Below, piece after piece: positions 39,380 to 51,336 of a stretch of DNA of 64,000 nucleotides. The translations under genes and the position numbers were made by a program. The DNA is from Epiperipatus broadwayi (Eukaryota; Animalia; Onychophora), in contig JAQFVV010000010.1 of the NCBI GenBank assembly GCA_028023455.1, forward strand, positions 6,820,001 to 6,884,000. Reading direction: 5' to 3'. Within the stretch, counting starts at the first letter, position 1, and every line of letters starts with the position of its first letter. The notes beneath the pieces were generated by a model. That model searched no databases. It was given only the letters and a program-made list of their open reading frames with translations, and had not been told where the DNA came from.

Positions 39380-40500
39380 ATAGGATTGTTAAATGTCATT
39401 AGAAAAATTCAATTTTATTCTCCCATCTTCTTCAAGTGTTGCTGGTCTGACCCGTGATAGTATTAGCATGGGAATTAAACCTGAAATTTTTAGAATAATG
39501 AACACTGAATTTAAGTTGAAGTTCTATCAAAAGCAACAGTCATTAGAAATGTTTTATACTTATCTATGAGAGTCCTTCTGTTTTTTCCATATTTTCTTAA
39601 GGGCAATCCGTGATTTCCAAATATTATGAATAATGTCACTAGATTGATTTATTAGATTACTTGCCATTATCTTGTCGGCAGTTTTTTAAATTTTTTTTCT
39701 TTTTACTTTTTCCTCTCTATCCAATATGTTATCTAACAACGTATGATAATTTGTACATGCATGACCTTCTAGTTTAGATATATACGGGGTTTTTTGCTTC
39801 TTTCATCATTACTTTGTGATCTTTAAAAGATTTTTCAATGGATCAACTGTTTTCACTAATATATATCCTTCCATATTCACATGGTATTGATGTAGTTCTT
39901 ATTTTTCAGCATTTCCAGTTTGGGCTTCATAAAGGGTAGGATTCCTCAGAAATAACTAAGAATTGTAAACGCTGAAAAACAAAAACTGCATCTATAAAAA
40001 ATGTGGAAGGACATATATATATTTGTGAAACCAGATGACTTATTAAAAAAATGATTAAAAGAGCACAAAGTAATGATTAATGAGGCAAAAAAACAACAAC
40101 ATATATCTAAAGTAGCAGACAATGCTTATGCAAATGATCAGAAGTTTTCTTGGGAAAAGAATATTAGTTGGAAAGGAAAAAGTAAAAGGAAAATTTAAAG
40201 CAGCTGCTCACATGATAATGGCAAAAATCCCCATAAGTTAAGTGAAATAATTCACAATGTTTGAAAATTACTCATTAACATTTGCCCTTACAAAAAAATG
40301 AAAAAATCGGAAAGACACTCATAGATAACTATATAAAATTTCTACTGACTGGTACCTTTGAAAGACAAAGAATTACCTTAAATTCAATATTTATAAATCT
40401 AAAGATTCCAGGTTTCATTCCCATACGAGTACTGTCACTGATCAAGCAAGCAATACCTGAAAAAGAAAGAATAATACCACTAAACATTGTGTTATACACT
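39380..40500. mobile_element. Head-to-head pair of PLE 3' ends (minus ~39380-39960, plus ~39960-40500); boundaries approximate
   Basis: The same GIY-YIG tail (AAHMIMA-like) appears in both orientations at ~39570-39720 and ~40150-40320. Confidence 0.65.
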
Positions 40501-40599
40501 ATCTGCATGCTATTACTAATAATTGAATATATTTGAAAAGTTTAAAAAGTAACAATTAATTCTATATGATGGAATTAGTCTAATATATAGTTACAAATA

Positions 40600-41150
40600 T
40601 ATTCAAACTACATTGATGATATATTTACATGCAGTAAAAAAAAAAACAACAACAATACATAATCTATTAGATAAATTAACACATTTGGATAATCTAAAAT
40701 GGACTATAAAAAAAAGAAGATACAATAAATCAATGATATATTTGGATGTGACTACACCCAGAATAAAAAATCAATTCAACAACAATCAAAAAGAGAGAGT
40801 TTATTCATTTTACATCTAAAATTCCTTTTGTATATAAAATAGTACAATTAAAAACTTTCCTATATATAAACATATTAATAACACAAATGATAGTATAAAA
40901 TAAATATATGAAATGTAATACATATAATAAAAAATTAAAAAAAAACATAAAAGATGTTAAAATTTTTTTAAAGTAAATCCACAAGTGCCAATGACTTTAA
41001 CAAAAGAATGGATATTCATACCTTGTAATTAAAATCAACAAAAATGTAAAGTATATATGCTCAGAATTCTTAAATATAGTATATATATAATTGTCATATA
41101 TTAACAGACAATGTAGCAGTAGTAAAGATATTCTCAATCAAAACAAAAGT
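40600..41150 (+). mobile_element. PLE RT C-terminal fragment; boundaries approximate
   Basis: ORF 40613..40819 NLKWTIKK...NKSMIYLDVT resembles the PLE motif NLKFTIE...LDV. Confidence 0.45.
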
Positions 41151-41199
41151 AATGTTATATAAAAGACAGCTCGTAATGAAAAATCATACAGATTTAGCG

Positions 41200-43600
41200 A
41201 GCACAAGTCACGCATAATAAAACAAAGTAAAATAAATACCAGAACAATATATTTAATTGGGATTACATTGCAACAGAGTTAATATCAAGAATGCAAATGT
41301 TTTTCATAAGAAAAATGAGGAAAAAAGAAATATATGAGGCAAATTTCTATTAGCAGAAGACAGATAAATCTTAAAAATGTAGTTGTCCATGATAGAAGTG
41401 ACTTGATTTTATCTTTTCTCATGACAAAGTGAATAGATTAAATGAGAATAAAATATAAATGAAATATGATACAATTTTCATAAAGAACCTTATAATAGCT
41501 TGGACAATGTCTAACAAAACAAAAGTCCACAAACCTAAAACATAAATTTAGCATTGACAGACATTTAATAAATCCATAGACATAGCTGCTGCTATGTGAG
41601 TGAAGACATCTGAATTGGAAATATGCTGAAGCACATAAAAATAGTATAGCATTTCTACTAGGTAAAAATATGATAGAATTGTTGACAGGATTTGGGCTTC
41701 AGTACAAGAATCATGGCAGATAAATTCAAACTAAATTCTTATAGCATCATAGTAATTCAAGTATATGCTTACTGCATCAAATAACATAGATAATGTGTTG
41801 GAATAGTTGTATGGAAATTGGAAATTAATTCTTGATAATGTGCCTCATAAAGATGTTATTATCATCAGAGAAGCATGGAATGCTAATATCAAAACTGATA
41901 ACAGAGGATGGGAGCAAATTGTACACAAATTAACTTTGGGAAAATTAACATGGTAAAAAAAAAATTTAATTTGCTTTAGATTATATGAGGCTATGCATCT
42001 TAGGATTGCAGAAAATGACTGTAAAGATTCAATGGTGGGAAATCTACAATATGCTTGACAAAACAGAAAGGTCAACATTATTATTTCAATACTATACATT
42101 TCAGAAAAACATAGATTCAGATTCCAACTTAATAATCATAAATATAAAATTAGAAGTTAAATAAAATTTATTTCAGAAATAAAGATATCTAATCAAGACA
42201 TCAAAAATAGAAATAATAGAAAAACTAGCAGGCAGTTCTCAAGAAGAAAATCCAAATGTTGATAAAAAAAAAATTAAATTTTAGAGTTGGAAGTCTCAAT
42301 AAAGTTTTGAGAAAATTATTATATTGCAGTTATATCAAAAAAAAAAAAAAAGAAGAAGAAGAAGAATTAAAAAGATTGCTTTACACAATAAACAATTCAA
42401 AAATTTCAGAATAGAAGAATAAGACAAAATGCAAAGAGACAAAAAAGTGTAATCAGAAAAAAAAAAAAAGCTTGGAAATGCACTGTGGTTTCATAGATAA
42501 AATATAATAAAAAATATATATCCAAAAATATACAGGATGATGGGCAATCTTAAGTGAAAATTGGACTCAGAAAAAAAGAATAATAATGATGATTGGAATA
42601 TACTTCAGAATTATATAAGCAAACTTTGTTAAAAATAAAATATAAAAAAAATAGTAAAAAAGCTTAGTGAAAATATTTTATTGGAAAAAGTTTAAACATC
42701 TACGAATAAATTGAAAAACATATAAGTCAAGAAATTTAAATAATATATAATATTGCAAAGAAATAAGGTGTTTAAAATATAGACAAAATTATTGTTGGTA
42801 TTAATTTACAAAAAAAAAAAAAAAAGGCAAGCCAGAGTGTGAAAAATTACAAAATCATTACACCAATAAGAACTTTAGGGAAAATCTTAATAAATATCTT
42901 TAATAAAAAATTAAAGACTTGTCAGAAGAACAAATTACATTTAGAAAATATAAGTATATCACAAAGTTTCATTGCAGAAGTATCCAAAAAAAAAGAAAAC
43001 AAAAAAATTCAAATCATTGACAGCATTGACTAAAATGTAACTTGAATCGTGAATTAGAATTAATTTGTCTTCTAACAAATATCTGTGATAATTCAAATAC
43101 TACCATGAGAATATATAGGAAAATTGAAAAAGCTGTTTAAAATTGATGTGCAGCAAGGAGATATATCATTATATTTATCATATATTTGGAATAAATAATG
43201 AATAAGATCAAAGAAAAATAAACGTATAGCAATACATGGATTTGAAGTTAGTAACTTCAGATATGTAGATTAATCACTGAAGAAGTTTAAAAATAATGAA
43301 TGAAACGATAAAACAGACAACACAATAAGTTTTGTATATCTTGAAAATAAAATCAATATTTAAACTAAATTGCAAAAAGAAAAGAAAATTAAGAATAACC
43401 AGATATTTACAAATCAGGAATGGGATTTGCAAAAAGCAAACACATCAGACAACAAACCATTCTAGATATATTTGTATGGGTAATTGTGTATTATCCCAAT
43501 AGCCAGAAGCTTGATAGGCATTTTTTTAATTATACATTTTCAAGGGTCTCCAATAATTCTTGAAAACAATATGGCTGACAAGAAGATGTCATATTTAATA
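41200..43600 (+). mobile_element. Decayed RTE-like LINE (APE + RT); boundaries approximate
   Basis: IIVIQVYA at 41746 (APE motif IIQVYAPT-like); VQQGD at 43148 and FRYVD near 43256 (RT motifs); many stops. Confidence 0.6.
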
Positions 43601-44988
43601 CTACCTTTTATTTATTTTTAATATTATTATAAAAATATAAGAAATTCCACAAAAATATGATAATTGATTGTAATTAAAATAAACATAATATAACTCCAGT
43701 AAACTTGGAATAGTTACAATAAAGCAATTGCCGATCTCTCTGCACAAGGCATCAAATAACCACTGGTGTGGAAATATTCTCCCCTGTTGATTAGTATCCC
43801 ATAACTTTGAAAATACTCCACTATCTTCTGTTAATGGAAGATCTCAAATTTTAATCCTTTTGGCAAAATGTTCCAAAAAAAATAAATAAATAACAAAGAT
43901 GCTCAATGATAATCTTACGATAAACATAAAAAAAATCATGACAATGTCTGTAACAAGTTAAAGTTTGTACATTTTAATATCTATAACAAAAAAATTTATT
44001 AATTATTTCTTGTAAATGGAATTTATAAGAGATTTATTAATATTTTTTAAACTTAAAAGGCATTTATAACTTGATTTCTTAATATTTTAATGTTTGTATA
44101 TTAGTATATAAAAAAGCAATTAATTAAATCTTGTGAATAGAATTTATAATCGATTTGCTAATATTTTTTAAACTTAACAAGAAACATATGTTTGGTAAAA
44201 TAATTTTGAGGAAAAAACATAAACAATATTTTGATGCCCCTGAAAATGTACAATTTACAAAAAAACATCCGTCAAGCTTCCAGTGACAGAATAATACAAA
44301 AGTGTCTTTGTATGGATTACAGATCTGCATATTTCCTATTGTATTATATACTGTAGCTGGGTGATGTTAAAAGATTCAGTGATAAGAATTTTAACATTTG
44401 AAAAATGCGCTGCAGAATATTGTTGAAAATTGGCTAGATGCTAGAAGTATTTAATGAACATTGTACTAAATAGTGAATAGGAAGGAAATATTATTGAAGA
44501 AATTTGTAGGAAAAAAGTTACAAATATTTGGACACATATATAAATAAATGAGGAATAGAAATTAAAAATTTTATTTTTTTCAGTAATAAATACACAAAAG
44601 GAAAATATCTCACATAAACAAACAACATTACAGAATGGTGCACAATTATTTTGCATTCACTCAAGAGAGATAAAAAGTACTGGAAAAAGTTGATGAAGAA
44701 TGTAACGTATACAATATGTATGCGTGCTAAACTCATGGTTTTCGGTGTTTGCTTAATGCCTCTATTTTTTGAAACTGTTTCTTAAAAATGTTTTGATGAT
44801 TATTTATGAACAATCTGCTAAATTAATTATTTTTTTATATTACTTTGCATTTAAATATTGATTATTCAAACTATTCTTTCAACTACTATATATAAACATA
44901 ATAAAAGATTGAGCTCTATTAGTTAAATGATGGAGTATAGTAATTATACCAATACAAATACAATTTTCTGCATTTTTATCAAATATAT

Positions 44989-47033
44989 TATAACGATTGA
45001 AATGAAAGTGAAGATCGAATCTAACTGCAAAAACAATATCTGCAACTACCAGGGCGCCATCTAGGCATTTGAGCCTAGAAAAATTTATAAAGTAGGCAGA
45101 TACGCGCTGTTAAGATTCCACTTTATTTAAATATTCCGATCGTTAGCCCAAGTCACTAGCTCAGCAGAGACGCAGAGATAAAAATCTATAAATTTTATAT
45201 CTTAAATATAAAAGAATAAAAGCCACTGCCAGAAATTAACACACAAAAATATTTATTTACACACATATAAAATAACATTTAAATTTTGAGGAATAAGTTT
45301 AACATTTTAGATTTTTTATATTAACTTTTAATTTTACATTTAACTAAGTTTCAATGAGTTTAATATTTTATTTAGATAGTCAAGTATGAATAGACTACAT
45401 AGATCTGCATTTGAAAAGAAAATATTCTTCCCTGATTTAACCTTAGGCAACAAATTTCGCAACCAAACTGGCGCCAATCCATCTGATACATTCATGTATT
45501 CAATGTAGCATGATACGACAACACAAAATACTATACTGTCAGGAAACGTACATCTGAACAATAAGTAGAAATAGAGAAGACATTGACTCTCCACCAACAG
45601 GAATGTGACATCTGTTGGAAAGTAGAACAATAAACAAAAAACTCCATAGGAATGGACTGCGGTCTTCTGCCGACTTACAAACCCATCCATAGGCAAACAG
45701 AGGGTGTGTGGCGTATATCTATAATCCTGCCCGTAGCGGACCTCATACTACATCTACTAATTACACAAATATATCCAATCCATTGAACCAATTCAACTAC
45801 GAAATGAATAACCTAAGATTACCCTCCCTTAATATAACTTTACAAAACTATATAGCCATTCACGCCCGACTTAAATTTAACATTTAAATACGTTCGCACA
45901 AATGCATTTTATAAAATTTGTTTTAAAATGTTGAGTACAGATCAGCTGCACAGATTCCACGGTCAAAAACATTCCAAATTAAACACAACCGATCAAAATA
46001 CAAAGTCATCGATAAACGTCACTTGCATAGGGAATATACAAATCCCATTAGCATTCATCGTAAGATGCTTGCAGTGATATCATTGACATATATTCTAATC
46101 GAATGTGGAAACCACAACATTATCAACCGCTAACGAATCTATGCAACGTCTATACCCAACCTAAATTTCATCATTTAAAATTTATACAATAAGAAAAAAG
46201 AAAAAAAAAAAATGGAAATGATTTTTAGCAATCGGAAAACATATAAAATTAAACATTATTAATTTGATTTAAAAACTTACAAAAGTCAGATAAGAGTCCG
46301 TTTAACATTTAAGTTGGCTTGTTTATTAATTTGTAAAACTTGACGAAAGTTCTTAATTGATTTCAATAATTGTTCATTTCATATAGCTTATGGTAGAAGA
46401 GTCCATGTTCCCGTTGGCAATTCCCAAGGAGACTTTCCTGGAAGACCGGTCTGATATTTTGGAGGTAGCATTAGCTGGTTCTGTTCTGGTATCACAGTCT
46501 TTGCATTTTTAAAATAAATGAGTGAGGACGGCAAGTGCGTCTTGTCGCTCGACTCACCAAAATCAAGTTGGAAAACTGTATTTCCCTTTTTATATTAATC
46601 CACACGGATTCAATCAACAAAACGTCACTAATCCATCACTTTCGTTAGGGTCCGAGCCAAGGCTTAGTGCTTCCATTGGTCAAGCTAATTTCTTTTTATT
46701 CTCTTATCTATCTTTCATCAGATCATTTTAATTATACAAGAGCCCGAAGCTAGCTTGCTTTTCAAACAATTTATAAACAATCATTTCCATTTACAGATTA
46801 CATTAATTAATACCTGTTTTTATTTTTAAATCTTGTACTTTTTTATAAAAAAAGTACGTTCAAATACTTATTTGTTTTTTTTAAAAAAAAAATATTTTTA
46901 AAGTTTGGCCTCTGTGCGAATGTATATACGTTTAACAATATTTTAATTTTAGCATTTAGTTTTTTACTTTTATTTGCGAACTTTTAAGTTTTTATTTTAA
47001 ATAAATGTAACGACATATTTATATATCGTTACA
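44989..47033 (-). mobile_element. ~2.0-kb solo-LTR-like element, copy 2 (reverse of copy 1)
   Basis: Termini tataacg ... cgttaca on the plus strand; ATAT at 44985-44988 and 47034-47037; colinear homology with 26493-28574. Confidence 0.7.
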
Positions 47034-47061
47034 ATATAAAATGATGAAAACAAATACTCAC

Positions 47062-47164
47062 AGATCTGATTCAACATAACTTGTCCACCAAAATGAAGCT
47101 GCAAATGGCGTTCTTCCTAACTTATCTACTGGAGCATTTACAACTTGCAAAATGCCAGATTTTC
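47062..47164 (-). CDS. ANK-WGR PARP gene exon (GKSGILQVVNAPVDKLGRTPFAASFWWTSYVESD)
   Basis: ctatag acceptor and gtgagt donor; 103 nt, phase 1/2, matching both neighbours; DKLGRTP ankyrin hairpin motif. Confidence 0.88.
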
Positions 47165-47604
47165 CTATAGAACAAATATAACAGTTGAAAAAATTGTATC
47201 ACTAAAATTATTAAATTTAAATTCATGCAGCGCTAATTAAATTCAAATTTGTTTACTTAATATTACATATCTAAAAATTCATAGTATAAATCTCCAACTA
47301 AATAAAAATCACACATTAAAACTTCAAATAAAACAACCAAAGTTTAATATTATAATTTTGATAAAATTAAAACCCCAAGTCAATGTCTATCAACTTCTGA
47401 TTTGTTTGTCAAATTTATTAGTAAGTAATTTCAGCCAAAGTGAATAACATGAGTAGAATATTAATTTTTCCATTGTTTATAAAAATACATTAATTGTAAT
47501 TATAGGGATTTTGAACACAGACTTTGAAGCTCCTTTCAGCTATCCACTCTGTCTCATACAACTGATACACATGACCACACACATGTGAAAAAGATAAGTG
47601 ATTT

Positions 47605-47646
47605 CCAATATATGTATTTCGTGATGAACCAGCATTCATCAGTTGA
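47605..47646 (-). ncRNA. Type I hammerhead ribozyme motif, copy A
   Basis: Minus strand reads TCAA-CTGATGA-ATGCTG(gtt)CATCAC-GAAA-TACATA-TA/TTGG; core intact, two mismatches in stem II. Confidence 0.75.
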
Positions 47647-48045
47647 TCCAGATTCATCATCTCCCACACATCTATATAATCAGTGCTCGGTTTATATTAA
47701 GATAGCAAATCATCAAAATTTAATGGACTGGCTTCAATCTACTCCATTCTCCAACTCTTCAGCTATCCACACCATTGAAAATCTGGTGATGGAATGCCCA
47801 AATCCCCTTGTTGATGCTAACATTATTGTCATGCCCATGTTGACATTAAGTCTGACCCCTCATGTATAGGACCTTAAAAAGGATGGGCAGGATTCAGACT
47901 GAATCTGTAATATTTGAACACAAGTATACTTTAGTTGAGGTTATAGGGGATTTGAACACAGGTTTTTAAGCTCCCTTCAGCTAATCACTCTTTCTCATAC
48001 AACCGATACACATGACCACACATATGTAAAATAGATAAATGATCT

Positions 48046-48087
48046 CCAATATACATATTTTGTGCTGAACCAGTACTCATCAGTTGG
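48046..48087 (-). ncRNA. Type I hammerhead ribozyme motif, copy B
   Basis: CCAA-CTGATGA-GTACTG(gtt)CAGCAC-AAAA-TATGTA-TA/TTGG; G12 changed to A. Confidence 0.7.
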
Positions 48088-48420
48088 TCCATATCACCAT
48101 CTTCCATGCGTATATATCATCAGGGCTTGGTTAATATTAAGATAGCAAATCATCAAACTTTAATGGACAGGTTTCAATTTACTCCATCCTCCAACTCTTC
48201 AACCATCCATACCATTGAAAATCTGATGATAGAACGCCCAAATCCCTTGTCAATGCCAATATTATTGTCATGCCACGGCCTTTCTATTATCATTTTTTCA
48301 ATGACATGGATGGCTGAAAAGTTGAAGGATGGAATAGTCTGAAGCCTGTACATTAAAATTTGATGATGTGCTAACTTAATATAAACTGAGCAATGATTAT
48401 GTAAATGTGTGGGGGGTGAA

Positions 48421-48474
48421 GATCTGGACCAACTGATGAATGCTGTTTCAGCATAAAATACAATATTGGAGATC
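48421..48474 (+). ncRNA. Type I hammerhead ribozyme motif, copy C
   Basis: GATCT-gga-CCAA-CTGATGA-ATGCTG(ttt)CAGCAT-AAAA-TACAA-TA/TTGG-AGATC; perfect stem II and bulged stem I; G12 changed to A. Confidence 0.7.
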
Positions 48475-49134
48475 ATTAATTTTTTTTCACATGTGTGTGG
48501 TCATATGTAATGGTTGTATGAGATAGAGTTGATAGCTGAAGGAAGCTTGAAAATGTGTGTTCATATATTGTACGTCAAGATATCAATAGCATAGATGTGC
48601 AGAATTGAAATAGCTACAATTTTGTATTAATGGTGGTTTTACTTTTGTGTAATATAAATCATAATTTATATATCTTTTGATTGCAATTAGTTAAACTGTT
48701 GAAATTTAAATATTGATGTTAAATACTTTAAAAGGAAATGAAGGCTAATATTTTTTTAATAAACAATGTAATCTTTTTTAAAATTAAAAATTCTGGGCTG
48801 GAAAATCCATCAAAACGTTTTTATCAATGTAAAATTATCATCGAGTATGTTGATTTGAATAAAATTTTAATCTAATATAAACATTTCACCAGAAGCAATT
48901 ATTATTTTCTTGCAGATGTAAACCAGATATGATCATAGAACTTAGTACAATTGCATTTCTTTTATCAAATATGAAAAAAAAACAATGGATAGTCTACATT
49001 ATCCTACAGATATGAACTAATACTATAGCATTAAGAAAATCAAATCTTTAAGTTAGGATAATTTTAAAATAGAGTGGATTTATCATTAAAATATATAGGT
49101 AGTTTTCCTATTTACATATGTATAAAGTAAAGTA

Positions 49135-50034
49135 CACCTGGGTCTCGTTTTACGCGATAGATAGGTTCCTCAGAAAACATGCGCAAATGAAATCTCGCAA
49201 AAATAGATGTAACTTACCTTGAAAAAGGGGGGATACGGACTGTGATTTTTCAAAAATCGCGTAAAAGCAAAGCACCAACGTAAAATTACTTTAAAATTGG
49301 CGCAAAAAAAAATAAATAAGGAAATAAAATATGACTAATAAAAAATTTCAAATTTGAAAAAAATTGATACAAGACAAACTTTTTTTAACTATAATATTTA
49401 ATTTTATTCAAAATAATATATTTTTATGCATAATTTACAGTACAGTAATTTACATTTTTTTATACACGTTTTAATTATTATCGCTATTTGCCGATAAACA
49501 GGTTCGTTTGCAAACTGGTAAAAAAATCAGATTTTAATTTTTAATTGTCAAATTTAATTGTGCCCACTGCTATTACTCATCTTTTAAAAATAAACTTGCG
49601 GACACTAAATGATTAATAATTGATTATGTTCTTTTTTAAAAAGCAAAAAAAAGAATGTGATTTAAAATGCAAAATTAACACGCACAATGTTTGAACAAAT
49701 TTACATTATAGTGCAAGCTATATATAAGTCATGTGACATCTGACTTGTTATTATTACTATTAAAATTTAATATGTGTATACATAAAATGTGGAAATCATG
49801 ATTTTAATTTCATTATTGCATAAAATCTTACTATTATAAAGCACTGAAAATATTGAAATTACTAAGATGAAAGTCGAATTCCAATAATGTGTTATTACTT
49901 TCAATATGACATAAGTGCGCAAAATTTATTATTTAAAGTAATAGCGCATTATTGGAGTTCAACTTCCGGAGAAACGTGAATCGCGTAACTTCAAAATCGC
50001 GTTAAATAAATCCGCGTAAAAAGAGACCCAGGTG
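49135..50034. mobile_element. pogo/Tigger-like MITE, copy 3
   Basis: TA-cacctgggtctcgttttacgcg ... cgcgtaaaaagagacccaggtg-TA. Confidence 0.88.
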
Positions 50035-50071
50035 TATAGATTTTTTTTTAAATAAAAAAAAAAAGCTTGGT

Positions 50072-51336
50072 TCTATCGTGTCAGCCGCTTGACGGCGCTA
50101 TTTCTACCTAAATTGCTAGAAATATGCCATTTACTGCAGCCGCAGCCAAGTAGATAGCTTTCTTTCTACGATAAAACACAGAGTCAGTTTACTTGGCTGC
50201 CAGCTACTGCTGTGGCTTTTTTCTATGCTAAAAGCACAGAGAAATGCCTTCATTGGCTGCTGTAATTGGTTGTGTTATGCACTTTATTGTACTGCTGGGT
50301 TGTATATTTTCACTGCAATATCATGTGGTGTGTTGATTGCATTGTGTCAAATAATTTAACTTTTCAGATCAACCTTTTTTTTGTTTCATGTGAACTGACC
50401 TACTGGTATCTTCTAACACTTTTAACAGTGTCGTCACTATTCCATCAGGACTGTGTTACCATTACAAATTGGATTTTAGGGTGGGCACAGCACTATTTCG
50501 AAAATCATGATGAAAGTAACATATCACGAGAAATCGTCCGAGACAGGGAAGATAGCTGCTTCTAACTCTCAAAATTGCCAATTGCCAGACATCGGAGTCG
50601 GATTTCATTATAATAGTTTGTTATAATTATTAATAACTTTATTTGGTAAATTGCAATCGAATTTACTTCCCCCCCCCTTTACCCCAAAATGCAGTGTCTG
50701 ATTAATTACCGTCCAAAAAAGGGTAAAATGTGATTTGATTTTTTCTTAAAAAACTACCATAACTTTTCCGATAGGTAAAACCAAACAAGCCCGTTTCTGA
50801 TTAATTAGTGTCCAAATAAGTCTCCGCTATATTTACTATTATTTGTTATTAAAAAAGTAATGTAATTTTATATATACACACACAAAAAGAGTGCTATATA
50901 ATTTAATTTTTACCCCCCCCCCACCACGGTGTCTTAGTAATTACTGTCCAAAAAAAAAAGAGGTAAAATGTAATTTAATTTTGTATTTAAAAAGTACCGT
51001 AACTTTTCAGATTCGCAAAAAATAAAAAAAAAAAAAAGAAGTTCGACTCTGATTAATTACTGTCCAAATTAATTACTGTCCCAAAAAGATCAAAGTTGGC
51101 TTTCATTGTAAAATTTTTTTGGAATTGCTGTCCAAAAAAATCTCCAATGTACTATTATTTGCTATTGGAAAGTAACATACTTTTTTATCGACACGCACAC
51201 ACAAAAAATGTCAGTCTCTGATTAATTACTGTCCCAATATTTTGTTTTTATTTTATTTTTTTATTTTATGGACATCGTAGTTGTATCAATGTGTTTTTGC
51301 TTAGCATCAACGCCATCAAGCGGCTGACACGATAGA
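50072..51336. mobile_element. Non-autonomous DNA-transposon-like element with 26-bp TIRs and internal repeats
   Basis: tctatcgtgtcagccgcttgacggcg / cgccatcaagcggctgacacgataga (1 mismatch); repeated gattaattactgtccaaa-like motif inside. Confidence 0.75.

Larger units (their letters stand above)
47501..48563. repeat. Hammerhead-bearing repeat: tandem copies A (from 47501) and B (from 47943), period ~441 bp, plus inverted partial copy C (48292-48563)
   Basis: A and B align over ~330 bp; C is their reverse complement. Confidence 0.9.

Noticed and set aside
48174-48476. ORFs in the 441-bp repeat (48174..48476 -, 47585..47869 +, 48106..48342 +) as proteins
   Set aside because: Frames and stops are not conserved between copies, and no recognisable domain is present.
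50697-51238. Repeated gattaattactgtcc motif as a CRISPR-like array
   Set aside because: Spacing is irregular, spacers are related to each other, the context is a eukaryotic intron, and the repeats are bounded by TIRs.
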